Positions 1 to 9,752 of a DNA stretch of 64,000 bases are shown here, in pieces. Location: the NCBI GenBank assembly GCA_964616405.1, contig CAZTRE010000003.1:201-64200 (forward strand), given 5' to 3'. The position numbers and the translations under genes are program-made. Below the pieces are notes generated by a model. It was not told the origin of the DNA, searched no databases, and was given only the letters and a program-made list of their open reading frames with translations. Source of the stretch: an uncultured Mycoplasma sp. (GTDB lineage: Bacteria; Bacillota_I; Bacilli_A; RF39; UBA660). The stretch's first letter is position 1, and every line of letters begins with the position of its first letter.

Positions 1-1
1 G

Positions 2-235
2 AGTAATACAAATTACAATTTATATGGTAGTAGTAAATATAATATTTTAGATAAGTTATTAGGTAAGTTTAAATACAATATTAAGAAAAAAGACATAACT
101 TTATTACAATTTATGAGTAAACTATTGAAATATTGCGATAATAAACACCAATTTAAAAGGAAAAAATTACCTGGTTTTTTTAAAAGGTCGCCATGTGGAA
201 GTGGCAAGAAATATAAAAATTGTTGTGGAAAATAA
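2..235 (+). CDS. 3' end of a SEC-C-motif protein; its start lies upstream of the window
   Basis: Open frame from position 2 to the TAA at 233-235 with no stop. The C-terminus reads ...FFKRSPCGSGKKYKNCCGK, matching the zinc-binding SEC-C motif (CPCGSGKKYKxCC) found at the SecA/YecA C-terminus. The ORF track missed it because there is no start codon inside the window. Confidence 0.5.
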   Translation, partial: SNTNYNLYGSSKYNILDKLLGKFKYNIKKKDITLLQFMSKLLKYCDNKHQFKRKKLPGFFKRSPCGSGKKYKNCCGK

Positions 236-512
236 CGATTAAAAATGGCGTAATCTCAAGTAATATAAGGGCTTGCGCTTTTTTAATACTATACCTAAAA
301 AGTGTAAAAACTTACAACTAAAAATTTTTAGATAAGTATTCGAATAATTTAAAAATGATTTAAACCCTTATAAAACAAGGTAAAATAGCGTATGAATTTA
401 GATGAATTTTTAATTTTTTCTATAAACCGTAATATTATACAGAACCAAATCCGCTTTATGATATAATGTAATAGATAAATAGTTATTTGTAAAAAAGGAC
501 GGAGATCTAATT

Positions 513-1151
513 ATGGCCTTTGATTATAAAAAAGAATATAAGGAATATTACATGCCTAAGAATAAGCCCAGTATCGTTAAAATTCCTAAAATGAATTATA
601 TAGCGATTAGAGGGAAAGGCAATCCCAATGAAGAAAATAGTGAATATAAAGATTCAATAGGACTTTTATATGCAATTGCGTTTACAATAAAAATGAGTTA
701 TAAGGGAAGCTATAAAATAGATGGTTATTTCGAATATGTAGTTCCTCCACTTGAGGGTTTCTGGTGGCAAGAGGGCAATAAAGATGGAATAGATTATAAA
801 AGTAAAGATAAATTCAATTTTATTTCTATTATTAGATTACCTGACTTTGTAACAAAAAAAGATTTTGACTGGGCTATAGAAGAAGCTACTAAAAAGAAAA
901 AACGGGACTTTTCAAAAGTCAAATTTTTGACCTACGATGAGGGTATTTGTGTTCAATGTATGCATTTGGGTTCCTATGATGATGAACCCGCAACTATTAA
1001 TTTAATGAATGAATATATCAAAGAAAATGGATATGAATTAGATATAACTGATACTAGATATCATCATGAAATATATTTAAGCGATCCAAGAAAATGCGAT
1101 GTGAGTAGACTAAAGACAGTAATAAGACATCCAATCAAGAAAGTGAAATAG
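513..1151 (+). CDS. GyrI-like small-molecule-binding domain protein
   Basis: 212 aa. The PPLEGFWWQ motif and overall size are typical of the GyrI-like/AraC effector-binding fold. Confidence 0.55.
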   Translation: MAFDYKKEYKEYYMPKNKPSIVKIPKMNYIAIRGKGNPNEENSEYKDSIGLLYAIAFTIKMSYKGSYKIDGYFEYVVPPLEGFWWQEGNKDGIDYKSKDKFNFISIIRLPDFVTKKDFDWAIEEATKKKKRDFSKVKFLTYDEGICVQCMHLGSYDDEPATINLMNEYIKENGYELDITDTRYHHEIYLSDPRKCDVSRLKTVIRHPIKKVK

Positions 1152-1184
1152 TTACAAATTACAATTTGAAGGTGAGTTGATATA

Positions 1185-1484
1185 ATGGCTACAACAAAAG
1201 AATATAGAGATTTTGTATTAGAACAATTAAATTTACTTGATAATATTACTTGTAAATCCATGATGGGAGAATATTTACTTTACCAGAATAGTATTTTATT
1301 TGGTGGTATCTATGATGAAAGATTACTTGTTAAAATAGTTGAGAGTAATAAAAAATACAATATGTCAGAAGCGATACCTTATAAAGGCGCTAAGCCTATG
1401 TACTTAGTTGATGATATTGATAGTAAAGAGTATTTAAGGGAAATAGTTATTGATACTTGTAAAGATTTACCAAGAAAAAAATAA
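1185..1484 (+). CDS. TfoX N-terminal domain protein
   Basis: 99 aa. Resembles the TfoX/Sxy N-terminal domain (YRDFVLEQL...MGEYLLY...LVKI). Confidence 0.5.
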   Translation: MATTKEYRDFVLEQLNLLDNITCKSMMGEYLLYQNSILFGGIYDERLLVKIVESNKKYNMSEAIPYKGAKPMYLVDDIDSKEYLREIVIDTCKDLPRKK

Positions 1485-1515
1485 TACGAATTATAATTTA
1501 TGGAGTCAGTATTAT

Positions 1516-1761
1516 ATGAATAAAGAATTATTGTTATCAAATGTAGATAAAATTCATACCACTGAAATGGGTATTGATAGAATTAAGAAAAATTTAAACT
1601 TGGACACAAATGAAGTAGTTGAATATTGTAAAAATAAAGTTTTAGATAAAAGGTGTAATATATATAGGCAGGGTAAGAATTGGTATTGTGAAATTGATAA
1701 TATAAAGATAACTATTAATTCCTATAGATATACAATTATTACGGCACATACTATTAACTAA
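1516..1761 (+). CDS. DUF3781-like small protein
   Basis: The ORF track starts at 1450, but the ATG at 1516 follows a GGAG RBS (1503-1506). Product MNKELLLSNVDKIHTTEMGIDRIKKNL..., about 81 aa. Confidence 0.4.
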   Translation: MNKELLLSNVDKIHTTEMGIDRIKKNLNLDTNEVVEYCKNKVLDKRCNIYRQGKNWYCEIDNIKITINSYRYTIITAHTIN

Positions 1762-1819
1762 ATGACAATGGATGATGCACTGCAAGATAATAAATTTTAT
1801 AATTAAAATATTTTAGTAT

Positions 1820-1849
1820 CAACATTTTAAGAGATGTTGTTATTTTTTG
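1820..1849 (+). terminator. intrinsic terminator
   Basis: Hairpin caacat (1820-1825) / atgttg (1834-1839), followed by the T-rich run ttattttttg. Confidence 0.45.
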
Positions 1850-1900
1850 TTTATTAAAGAAAATATTTTTTATGTTAAATTAAAAGATTGCAAGTTTAAT

Positions 1901-2476
1901 TTAATTGTTGATACTTATATTATTTACCATCAAATCAATTAATTTTTTTACACTATAATTTGGTATGGTCTTATTCAGTGTTGCTATACCTATATATCTT
2001 GATGGAATTTTAGGTGTAACTTTTATCTCAAATAAAGATTTATTTAGATCATCTTTAACAAATTCTTTTGTTGCATATCCTATTCCAAATCCGCTTTTTA
2101 CAAAATCCATAATTAAATTATAACTAACTATCTCTGTTTTAGGTATTAAACTAGTATTGTTTTCTTTTAAATAGTTATCAAGAAATGTCCTAGTGTTTGA
2201 CGGTCTCTTTTGAAATAGTAATGGATAGTTATTCAATTCTTCTAAAGCAATACTGCCTTTTGTTAATTCATAGTATCTTTTATTTCCAACAAAAATATCT
2301 TGTACGTCCATAACTTTTTGGATTTTTAAATCTTTAGTTTCATTCATAGGTAAATTAAGTACAAGCATATCTAAATTACCATTTCTAAGATCTCTTATTA
2401 AACTTTCTGTCAAAGCATTCACTATTTTTATCTCGATATTCGGATACTTTTCATGGAATTTTTCTAAATATGCCAA
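1901..2476 (-). pseudogene. LysR-type regulator remnant: substrate-binding domain only, no N-terminal HTH
   Basis: 191 aa, entirely LysR substrate-binding-domain-like. LysR regulators are about 300 aa with an N-terminal wHTH. The region upstream on the minus strand is occupied by a fragment of a different gene. Confidence 0.4.
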
Positions 2477-2694
2477 TACTACAATATGCCCATGAAATCA
2501 GAAGTGCAGTCTTACTTATTCATGGAGAAAAAGCACATTCAAGATACTTTAGTGAAGATGTTTATAAAAAGTTAAAAGGAGATAACAAAGAATTAATAAT
2601 AATTCCTAATGCTGTTCATACAGACCTTTATGACAAATTAGATGTTATACCTTTTAATAAAATGGTAGAGTTTTTTCACAAAAATTTAAAGTAG
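2470..2694 (+). pseudogene. C-terminal fragment of an alpha/beta hydrolase
   Basis: 74 aa: LLIHGEKAHSRYF...IIIPNAVHTDLYD. This looks like the last ~70 residues of a dienelactone-hydrolase-type alpha/beta hydrolase, including the catalytic His. The ~200 N-terminal residues are absent. Confidence 0.4.
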
Positions 2695-2809
2695 AAATTA
2701 CAAAAGCCAGCTTTCAACTGGCCTTTATTTCATTTATGGAACTATTTTTTAAAGATCATTGTAAAATCGGCAAAATATGTTATAATATAACCCACCTAGG
2801 AGGATTACT

Positions 2810-3766
2810 ATGGATTACGAAGTACTAAATAATGCAATAAATGAGGTTGTAGATATAGTAAATAATTATAATAGAGATCATCATTATTCTGTAGGGACGT
2901 GTGAGGATTTAGTAATCGCATTAACAGGATACTATCTAACGTTCGGGCCGGAAATTTTTTTCAAAATAATGGAAGTGCTATCTTCTCTAGAAATTCATAA
3001 GACAACTACAACAATGGAAACATTAGACGAAAAGGCTAAAATACGCCCCAACGTTGATTTAAATAATACATATCCGGAAATGATTTTGCAAATGAAATTT
3101 AAAGGCTCAGAAAAGGAATTTATAGGAGCAATTCCACATATAGTTTACGATAATCAAGATCAAATAAATGATGCGCTTAATTTAGCTCATGAATTGTCCC
3201 ATGCTATAGAAATGTCAACAGCAAAAGTGGATGACGAAACAACAGACACCATAACTATTAGATGTGGTTTAATGAAAATAATCTATGACAAAGAAACTGG
3301 GGCTCCATTTGATGGTGATAGGAGTGGAATGGACGAATTAATAACAGCATTAATAGAAAATAGAATCTTACAAGCATATGGCAAACTAGACCCTGAAAAA
3401 ATTCAAAATCCACTTATAAAGGAATTCACCGCTGGGGTTCAGTCAAGAGGCCCAAATAGTGCATTAGCTGATTCCTATATGTATATGGCCGCAATCTTCA
3501 AAGATATGATAGATAATGATATATTCTTCGATGTAGTAAAAAAACACTATTATGAAACAGATCCAGAGGAATTTACTAAAGAATTTAATTCTATCGATGA
3601 AAGACTAGATTTCCAAAAACTAATTGGCTATGCCGAAAGATTGAAAAGGAATAATACAGGAGCTGCTGATTTTTTAGATATAGCAAATGCTGTTCAATCA
3701 CAATTAACCATTTTAAATAAAGCAACTAATACACATCCAGAGAAATCATTATTATTAATTGTATAG
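2810..3766 (+). CDS. hypothetical protein with HExxH motif (putative zinc metallopeptidase)
   Basis: 318 aa with no signal peptide. ALNLAHELSHAIEMS contains an HExxH motif. No other family was recognised. Confidence 0.45.
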   Translation: MDYEVLNNAINEVVDIVNNYNRDHHYSVGTCEDLVIALTGYYLTFGPEIFFKIMEVLSSLEIHKTTTTMETLDEKAKIRPNVDLNNTYPEMILQMKFKGSEKEFIGAIPHIVYDNQDQINDALNLAHELSHAIEMSTAKVDDETTDTITIRCGLMKIIYDKETGAPFDGDRSGMDELITALIENRILQAYGKLDPEKIQNPLIKEFTAGVQSRGPNSALADSYMYMAAIFKDMIDNDIFFDVVKKHYYETDPEEFTKEFNSIDERLDFQKLIGYAERLKRNNTGAADFLDIANAVQSQLTILNKATNTHPEKSLLLIV

Positions 3767-3804
3767 ACAAGATATTTCTTGTTTTTTTCTACTACAACAA
3801 AAAA

Positions 3805-3820
3805 GGGGCTAAAAAGCCCC
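3805..3820. terminator. GC hairpin ggggct-aaaa-agcccc, terminator-like
   Basis: Perfect 6-bp GC-rich stem with an A-tract upstream. The downstream side is only moderately U-rich, so orientation is ambiguous. Confidence 0.4.
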
Positions 3821-4005
3821 AAATCTATATCTAGAGGATCTTCACACTTAACAGTGAACCTTCCTCAATAATAATATATGCTAAAAGACAAAAAGTATAC
3901 ACATTTAAATTAGATGTTACATTGTCTAAATTATTAAAATATGTTAGACTAAAGCTGATAATGTATAAAATCAGTTAAATAATTACAAACTAAGGAGTGA
4001 ATTAT

Positions 4006-5104
4006 ATGGAAAAAAAAGAGTTAAAACGATTACTAGAAAAAAATTTAGATATCATTACAAATTTGTGGAGGTCACTTTGACATTGATTCAAGGTTAGAAG
4101 AGGTCAATTCTCTTCAAACTCAAACAGAAGAGCCATCCTTCTGGGATGATCGTCAAAAAGCAGAGAAAATCTTAAAAGAAATTACTGAAAAGAAAAATTT
4201 AATTGCATCAATTACAGAGTTAAAAAATAAAATAAAAGACAACTTAGAATTATTAGAATTACTTGATGTAGAACCTGATGAATCATCAGAACAATTACTA
4301 GAAAAAGAAATTTTATCATTAGAAGAAGAAATAGAAAAGTTAAATTTATTACTATTACTTAATGGTCCATATGATAGTCTAGATTGTATATTAGAAGTTC
4401 ATTCAGGGGCCGGTGGAACAGAAGCTTGTGATTGGGCAATGATGTTATATAGAATGTATATTCGTTGGTGTGAAAAGAAAAATTATAAAGTGGAGTTATT
4501 AGATTATCAAGATGGTGAAGAGGCCGGAATAAAAAGCGCTTCTATACGAATAAGAGGAACCAATGCCTATGGATTTTTAAAAAATGAAAAAGGTGTCCAT
4601 CGTTTGGTAAGACTTTCTCCATTTGATTCTAATAACAGACGTCACACTTCCTTTGCGTCAATAGAAGTAACCCCAGAAATAGAGCAAGACAGTACTATTG
4701 AAATAGATGAAAAAGACTTAAAAATAGATGTTTATCGTTCAAGCGGTTGTGGTGGACAAGGAGTAAATACAACAGATTCAGCCGTTAGAATTACTCACCT
4801 TCCTACTAAAATAGTCGTAACATGTCAAAATGAACGTAGTCAAATTCAAAATAAAGAACAAGCCATGAAAGTCTTAAAGAATAAATTATTAATAAGGAAG
4901 TTAGAAGAACAATCAAAAGAATTAAATGAAATAAAGGGTAATCAAATGAACATTGAATTTGGTTCGCAAATAAGAAGTTATGTTATGCACCCATATTCAA
5001 TGGTCAAAGATCACAGGACTAATGAGGAAACAAGTAACGTTTCTAAAGTACTAGATGGAGATATTGATTTATTTATTGAAAGCAATTTGAAAAGGGGATT
5101 ATAA
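4006..5104 (+). CDS. prfB: peptide chain release factor 2, requiring a +1 programmed ribosomal frameshift at CUU UGA C (UGA at 4078-4080)
   Basis: RBS aaggagtg, then ATG 4006. Frame 0 reads MEKKELKRLLEKNLDIITNLWRSL and stops at UGA. The sequence ggaggtcacTTTGAc is the canonical RF2 frameshift site, with an internal SD-like GGAGG 3 nt before CUU. The +1 frame continues without stop into the 4439..5104 ORF, which carries the SPF and GGQ motifs. Confidence 0.9.
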
Positions 5105-5106
5105 AT

Positions 5107-5988
5107 ATGAATTTAATTTCTAGGTTGAGAAGCAACTTGGTTCTAGAAAGAATCCGTAAAAAAACGATGTTTACAAGATATTTTAACTTTATTGTTGGAT
5201 TAATCTTTTTAGCCATTTCATACAATTTATTTTTAGCGTCAAATGATATTGTAGCTGGTGGAGTAAGTGGTATCGCCACTATATTAAATGGTATATTTGG
5301 ACTAAATAATTCTATTGTTATTTTAGTTTTTAATGTTTTATTATTAATACTAAGCTACTTTTTATTAGGAAAAAATAAAACTAAGAATACGATTTTAGGT
5401 TCAATATTATTTCCAGTATTAGTAGAACTAACAAGCCATATTAATGTATGGTTAGAGCTAGATACATCCCAATTATTATTATCATCAGTGTTTGGTGGAG
5501 TAATGTATGGCTTTGGACTAGGTATGATTTTTAAAGCCGGATTCACAACAGGTGGAACGGATATTTTAAATCAGATAATTTCGAAATATGCCAAAATAAG
5601 TATTGGTAAAAGTATGCTATTAGTTGATGGTGGAATAGTTCTTTTATCAGCTTTTGCCTTTGGTCCAACAAAAGTTATGTATTCGATAATTGTCTTATAT
5701 ATTATTAGTTTAATTTCTGATCGAGTAATTTTAGGAGTATCAGATAGTAAAGCATTTTATATTGTTACAAGCCAAGAAGAAGAGATTAAAGAGTATATTT
5801 TGCGTATTTTAAATCATGGCGTAACAGTTTTTAATGCCAAAGGAGGATATGCTACTAAGAACCAAACCGTACTAATGTGCGTCCTACCAACTAAAGACTA
5901 TTATCGTCTTAAAGCCGGAATTACAGAAATTGATAATGATGCCTTCGTTGTCGTAACAGATGCTTATGAAGTATTTGGAGGCGAATAG
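5107..5988 (+). CDS. YitT-family membrane protein (DUF161/DUF2179)
   Basis: 293 aa, multi-TM, with the YitT-like architecture GGTDIL...DAFVVVTDAYEV. Confidence 0.65.
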   Translation: MNLISRLRSNLVLERIRKKTMFTRYFNFIVGLIFLAISYNLFLASNDIVAGGVSGIATILNGIFGLNNSIVILVFNVLLLILSYFLLGKNKTKNTILGSILFPVLVELTSHINVWLELDTSQLLLSSVFGGVMYGFGLGMIFKAGFTTGGTDILNQIISKYAKISIGKSMLLVDGGIVLLSAFAFGPTKVMYSIIVLYIISLISDRVILGVSDSKAFYIVTSQEEEIKEYILRILNHGVTVFNAKGGYATKNQTVLMCVLPTKDYYRLKAGITEIDNDAFVVVTDAYEVFGGE

Positions 5989-5989
5989 C

Positions 5990-6847
5990 ATGGAACAAAT
6001 CATAGAAACTATAAAAAAACGTAAGAAGTTACAAAGAGTATTTTTGGCAATTCTTTCGCTTTTAATTGGTGCCATAGTATATAATGTGTTTTTACTACCA
6101 CTAAATATTGTTACAGGAGGAACCGGGGGAATTGCTACAATCACTAAATATACTTATCATATTGAACCTTCAATAATGATATTTATATTATCATTTGCTT
6201 GTATAATAATTAACTTAATGTACTTAGGCATAGATAAAACAACAGGAGCAATTTTATCAACCTTTTTATATCCGTTATTAGTACAATTAACTTCCCCATT
6301 ATCAAAAATTTTTCCAATGGAAACGAATGATATATTTATTGTTATAATTTTTGCTGCCGTTTTATCAGGATTTTCTAATGGTCTAATGTATAAAACCGGT
6401 TACAATAATGGCGGATTATCTGTAATTTCTCATATATTGTATGAAAAAAAGAACATCTCAATAAGTAAAAGCAGTTTATTTATCAACGGATTAGTAATAA
6501 TATTAGGCGGTTACTTTTTTGGCAGTGCCAATGCTATGTATGCATTAATATACTTATATATTAGTAACTTAGTAATGGATAAAGTTTTATTAGGAATTTC
6601 TAATAATAAAGCTTTTTACATCATCACAAGTGAAGAAGATCTAATTAAACAATATATAATTGAAAAATTACATCATAATGTCACTACTTTTGATGTTAAA
6701 GGTGGTTATTTAGAGAAAAAAAGAAAAGTACTTTTATCAGTAATTCCATCTAAAGAATATTTTAGAGTAACAGAAGGTATTAAAATAATTGATAAAGATG
6801 CTTTCTTTGTAGTAACAGACTCCTATGAAGTAATAGGAGGAAAATAA
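5990..6847 (+). CDS. YitT-family membrane protein (tandem paralog)
   Basis: Paralog of the preceding gene. The likely start is the ATG at 5990, directly after the upstream stop; the track's 5960 start overlaps the previous gene. Confidence 0.65.
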   Translation: MEQIIETIKKRKKLQRVFLAILSLLIGAIVYNVFLLPLNIVTGGTGGIATITKYTYHIEPSIMIFILSFACIIINLMYLGIDKTTGAILSTFLYPLLVQLTSPLSKIFPMETNDIFIVIIFAAVLSGFSNGLMYKTGYNNGGLSVISHILYEKKNISISKSSLFINGLVIILGGYFFGSANAMYALIYLYISNLVMDKVLLGISNNKAFYIITSEEDLIKQYIIEKLHHNVTTFDVKGGYLEKKRKVLLSVIPSKEYFRVTEGIKIIDKDAFFVVTDSYEVIGGK

Positions 6848-6930
6848 TGGAAAAGAGTGAATTTAAATAGTTCACTCTTTTATTATGCGACAAAATATGA
6901 TAAAATGATTAAAGTATAAGGTGGTGAATT

Positions 6931-7629
6931 ATGGATTTAGTTAGAATAAAAAATGTCGAAAAAAAATATAAAAATGGAGTTACTGCAATTTATGATTTAA
7001 ATCTTGCTATTGAAAAAGGTGCTTTTGTTTTCGTAATAGGTGGATCAGGAAGTGGAAAATCAACGTTAATAAAAATGCTATATCGTGAAGAAAAGCCTAC
7101 TAAAGGGCAAATAATTGTAGGTGGCTTAGATGTTGCTAAATTAAAAAATCGTAAGGTTTATAAATTAAGAAGGAAATTAGGAATTGTATTTCAAGATTAT
7201 AGATTATTACCAAAACAAACGGTATATGAAAATGTTGCCTTTGCTTTAGAAGTAATTGGGGCAACAAAGGATGAAATTAGAGTTAAAGTTTTAAAAGCTC
7301 TTGAAGATGTAGGCTTAAAGCATAAGCTTCATGAATATCCAGATCATTTATCTGGAGGAGAACAACAAAGAGTTGCTATTGCCAGAGCCATAGTAAATGA
7401 TCCAAAATTATTACTATGTGACGAACCTACAGGAAACTTAGATCCAGAAATGAGTATGGAAATAATGAAAGTTCTTGAAGATATTAACAATAACCGTGGT
7501 ACAACTATTGTAATGGTTACTCATGATAAAGATATTGTTAACAAAATGAAAAAACAAGTAATTACTCTAAAAGATGGACGTTTAGTAAACTTTAAGAAGA
7601 AAGGAACTTATAGCAATGAAGCCATTTAG
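6931..7629 (+). CDS. ftsE: cell-division ABC transporter ATP-binding protein FtsE
   Basis: Walker A GGSGSGKST, signature LSGGEQQRVAIARA, Walker B LLLCDEP; 232 aa. Confidence 0.85.
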   Translation: MDLVRIKNVEKKYKNGVTAIYDLNLAIEKGAFVFVIGGSGSGKSTLIKMLYREEKPTKGQIIVGGLDVAKLKNRKVYKLRRKLGIVFQDYRLLPKQTVYENVAFALEVIGATKDEIRVKVLKALEDVGLKHKLHEYPDHLSGGEQQRVAIARAIVNDPKLLLCDEPTGNLDPEMSMEIMKVLEDINNNRGTTIVMVTHDKDIVNKMKKQVITLKDGRLVNFKKKGTYSNEAI

Positions 7630-8515
7630 AATGTTAGGAAGAAGCATCCGTGATGCTTTTAAAAGTGTAATAAGAAACTTTAGTCTATCTTTAGCTTCTA
7701 TTTCTTGTATTACAATAACTTTAATCATTGTCGCAATAGCTATAATTGCTTCATTCAATGTTCAAAATTTTACTAAAGAAATAGAAAAAGATATGACCAT
7801 CGTTGTTTTCTTAGATAATGATGCTACTACTTTAGATAGAAAAGATGTAGAAAGAGAAATCAATTCATTATCCAATGTTGATAAATATACATATCAATCA
7901 AAACAAGATATTAAAAAAAATATGCAAGAAGAATCAGAAATCTTTGACCGAGTATTATCTGAGTGGGATGACGATGAAAGTCCATTAAAAGATACACTAC
8001 AAGTAAAAGTAAAAGATGTTGAAAAAATAAAAAAGACAGCTAAAGAAATCGAAAAAATTGATAAAGTATCAGTTGTAAGATATGGTGAAGGTATGGTAGA
8101 CAAAATGGTTACAGCATTCTCTTCAGTAGAAAAAGTAACATATGGAGTAGTAATAGCTCTAATCATAGTAACTGTATTCTTAATCATTAATACAATTAAA
8201 TTGACAATATCAGCTAGAAAAAGAGAAATAAGTATTATGCGATTAGTTGGTGCTAGTAACTTTACTATTAAAACACCATTTATAATTGAAGGTATGATTT
8301 TAGGAATGTTTGGTTCAATTGTTCCAATAATTTTATCAACATACGGATATTTAGCTTTCTACAATCATTTTGATGGTTACCTTTATTCAGAATTAATTAA
8401 ACTAATTAAGCCTGAGCCATTTATTTATGTCACAGCCTTAATAGTTTTAGTAGTAGGTATGATAGTAGGTATGATTGGTAGTGCAAGTGCTGTTAAGAAG
8501 TACTTAAAAATCTAA
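7616..8515 (+). CDS. ftsX: cell-division permease FtsX
   Basis: Overlaps ftsE. 299 aa, 4 TM with a large extracellular loop, the FtsX fold. Confidence 0.8.
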   Translation: MKPFRMLGRSIRDAFKSVIRNFSLSLASISCITITLIIVAIAIIASFNVQNFTKEIEKDMTIVVFLDNDATTLDRKDVEREINSLSNVDKYTYQSKQDIKKNMQEESEIFDRVLSEWDDDESPLKDTLQVKVKDVEKIKKTAKEIEKIDKVSVVRYGEGMVDKMVTAFSSVEKVTYGVVIALIIVTVFLIINTIKLTISARKREISIMRLVGASNFTIKTPFIIEGMILGMFGSIVPIILSTYGYLAFYNHFDGYLYSELIKLIKPEPFIYVTALIVLVVGMIVGMIGSASAVKKYLKI

Positions 8516-9723
8516 TGAAAAAATTTATTAATCTGCTATTAGTAGTTGTCTTATTAGTTTCATTTTTCGCACTACCAATGAATGCTAATGCAAAGACACT
8601 TGCTCAATTTAGAGAAGAAGTAAAAAAATATACTGACGAATTAAATGCTAAAAAAGCTAACCTTGCTAAAAACGAGGGAGAAGTAGCCACTATTAAAGCC
8701 AAGATATCATCCATCGAGAAACAAATATCTGCAGCAGAAGCTGAAATAGTAAAACTTCAAGAAGAAATTGATGCAAGTAATGAAGAAATTGCTAGAAAAA
8801 GTGAAGAAAGTAAAAAAATCATAGAATATTATCAAATTTCTAATGGAGAAAATATTTACTTAGAATATGCTTTTGGGGCTACAAACATTACTGATATGAT
8901 TTATAGAATGTCTATTGTAGAACAATTAACAGATTATAATGATAAGATAATGAAAGAGTTATCTGAGTTAATTGAAAAGAATAAATCTCAGCAACAAGAA
9001 TTAAAAAAGAAAAAGGAATCTTTAAAGAAATTAGAAGTTCAATTGGAATCCGAAAAAGCCAGAATTGAAGCAGACAGCGCATCAATTCGTGAAAGTATGC
9101 CTTCTATTGAAACACAAATAAGAGAGGCCCAAGCCCAAGTTAAATATTTTGAGTCGCTTAAATGCGGTGAAAATGAAGACATTAATGACTGCCAAGATAG
9201 AATTTCCGGAAGCACCGGTGGTGGAAGTCTTCCAAGTGTAGGATTTTTCTCAAGACCAATGGCAAAAGGTTATGTTACTCAAGGTTCACACGCTGGACAT
9301 ATTGCAGTTGACTTGAGTAGTGGTAATAAATCTGAACCAATCTATGCCATTGCCGAGGGAACAGTTCACGCTATCTATACCGACGACTGTACAAGCGGAA
9401 GATGGTGTGCTGCTGCCGGAATAAAATGTAATGGTAACGCTTTAGTAGTTGTAACAAAGCACAAATATAATGGAAAATACTACTATGTAACATATGCTCA
9501 TATGCGTTCTTACGGAGATATAAGGGTTGGGCAATACGTTACTAGAAATACACTACTTGCATATATGGGAACAACAGGTTGTTCAACTGGCCCACATTTA
9601 CATATGGAAATATCTACTTGTCATTGGAAAAATGGTGGTGGATGTACATATTCAGGATACCAAAAGCAATTTGTTAGTCCATATAATCTAATTAATTTTC
9701 CATCAAGTTGGAATAATAGATAA
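8515..9723 (+). CDS. secreted coiled-coil M23 (LytM-type) peptidoglycan endopeptidase, FtsEX-associated (PcsB/EnvC/RipC analogue)
   Basis: Signal peptide MKKFINLLLVVVLLVSFFALPMNANA, a long coiled coil, and a C-terminal M23 domain with HIAVDL (HxxxD) and GPHLHME (HxH). The start overlaps the ftsX stop. Confidence 0.75.
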   Translation: MKKFINLLLVVVLLVSFFALPMNANAKTLAQFREEVKKYTDELNAKKANLAKNEGEVATIKAKISSIEKQISAAEAEIVKLQEEIDASNEEIARKSEESKKIIEYYQISNGENIYLEYAFGATNITDMIYRMSIVEQLTDYNDKIMKELSELIEKNKSQQQELKKKKESLKKLEVQLESEKARIEADSASIRESMPSIETQIREAQAQVKYFESLKCGENEDINDCQDRISGSTGGGSLPSVGFFSRPMAKGYVTQGSHAGHIAVDLSSGNKSEPIYAIAEGTVHAIYTDDCTSGRWCAAAGIKCNGNALVVVTKHKYNGKYYYVTYAHMRSYGDIRVGQYVTRNTLLAYMGTTGCSTGPHLHMEISTCHWKNGGGCTYSGYQKQFVSPYNLINFPSSWNNR

Positions 9724-9752
9724 AAATAAGGAATAGTCTAAGAACTATTCCT

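Noticed and set aside
13-207. 64-aa minus-strand ORF at the window start
   Set aside because: Overlaps the clean stop-free plus-strand frame ending in the SEC-C motif. Translation is low-complexity.
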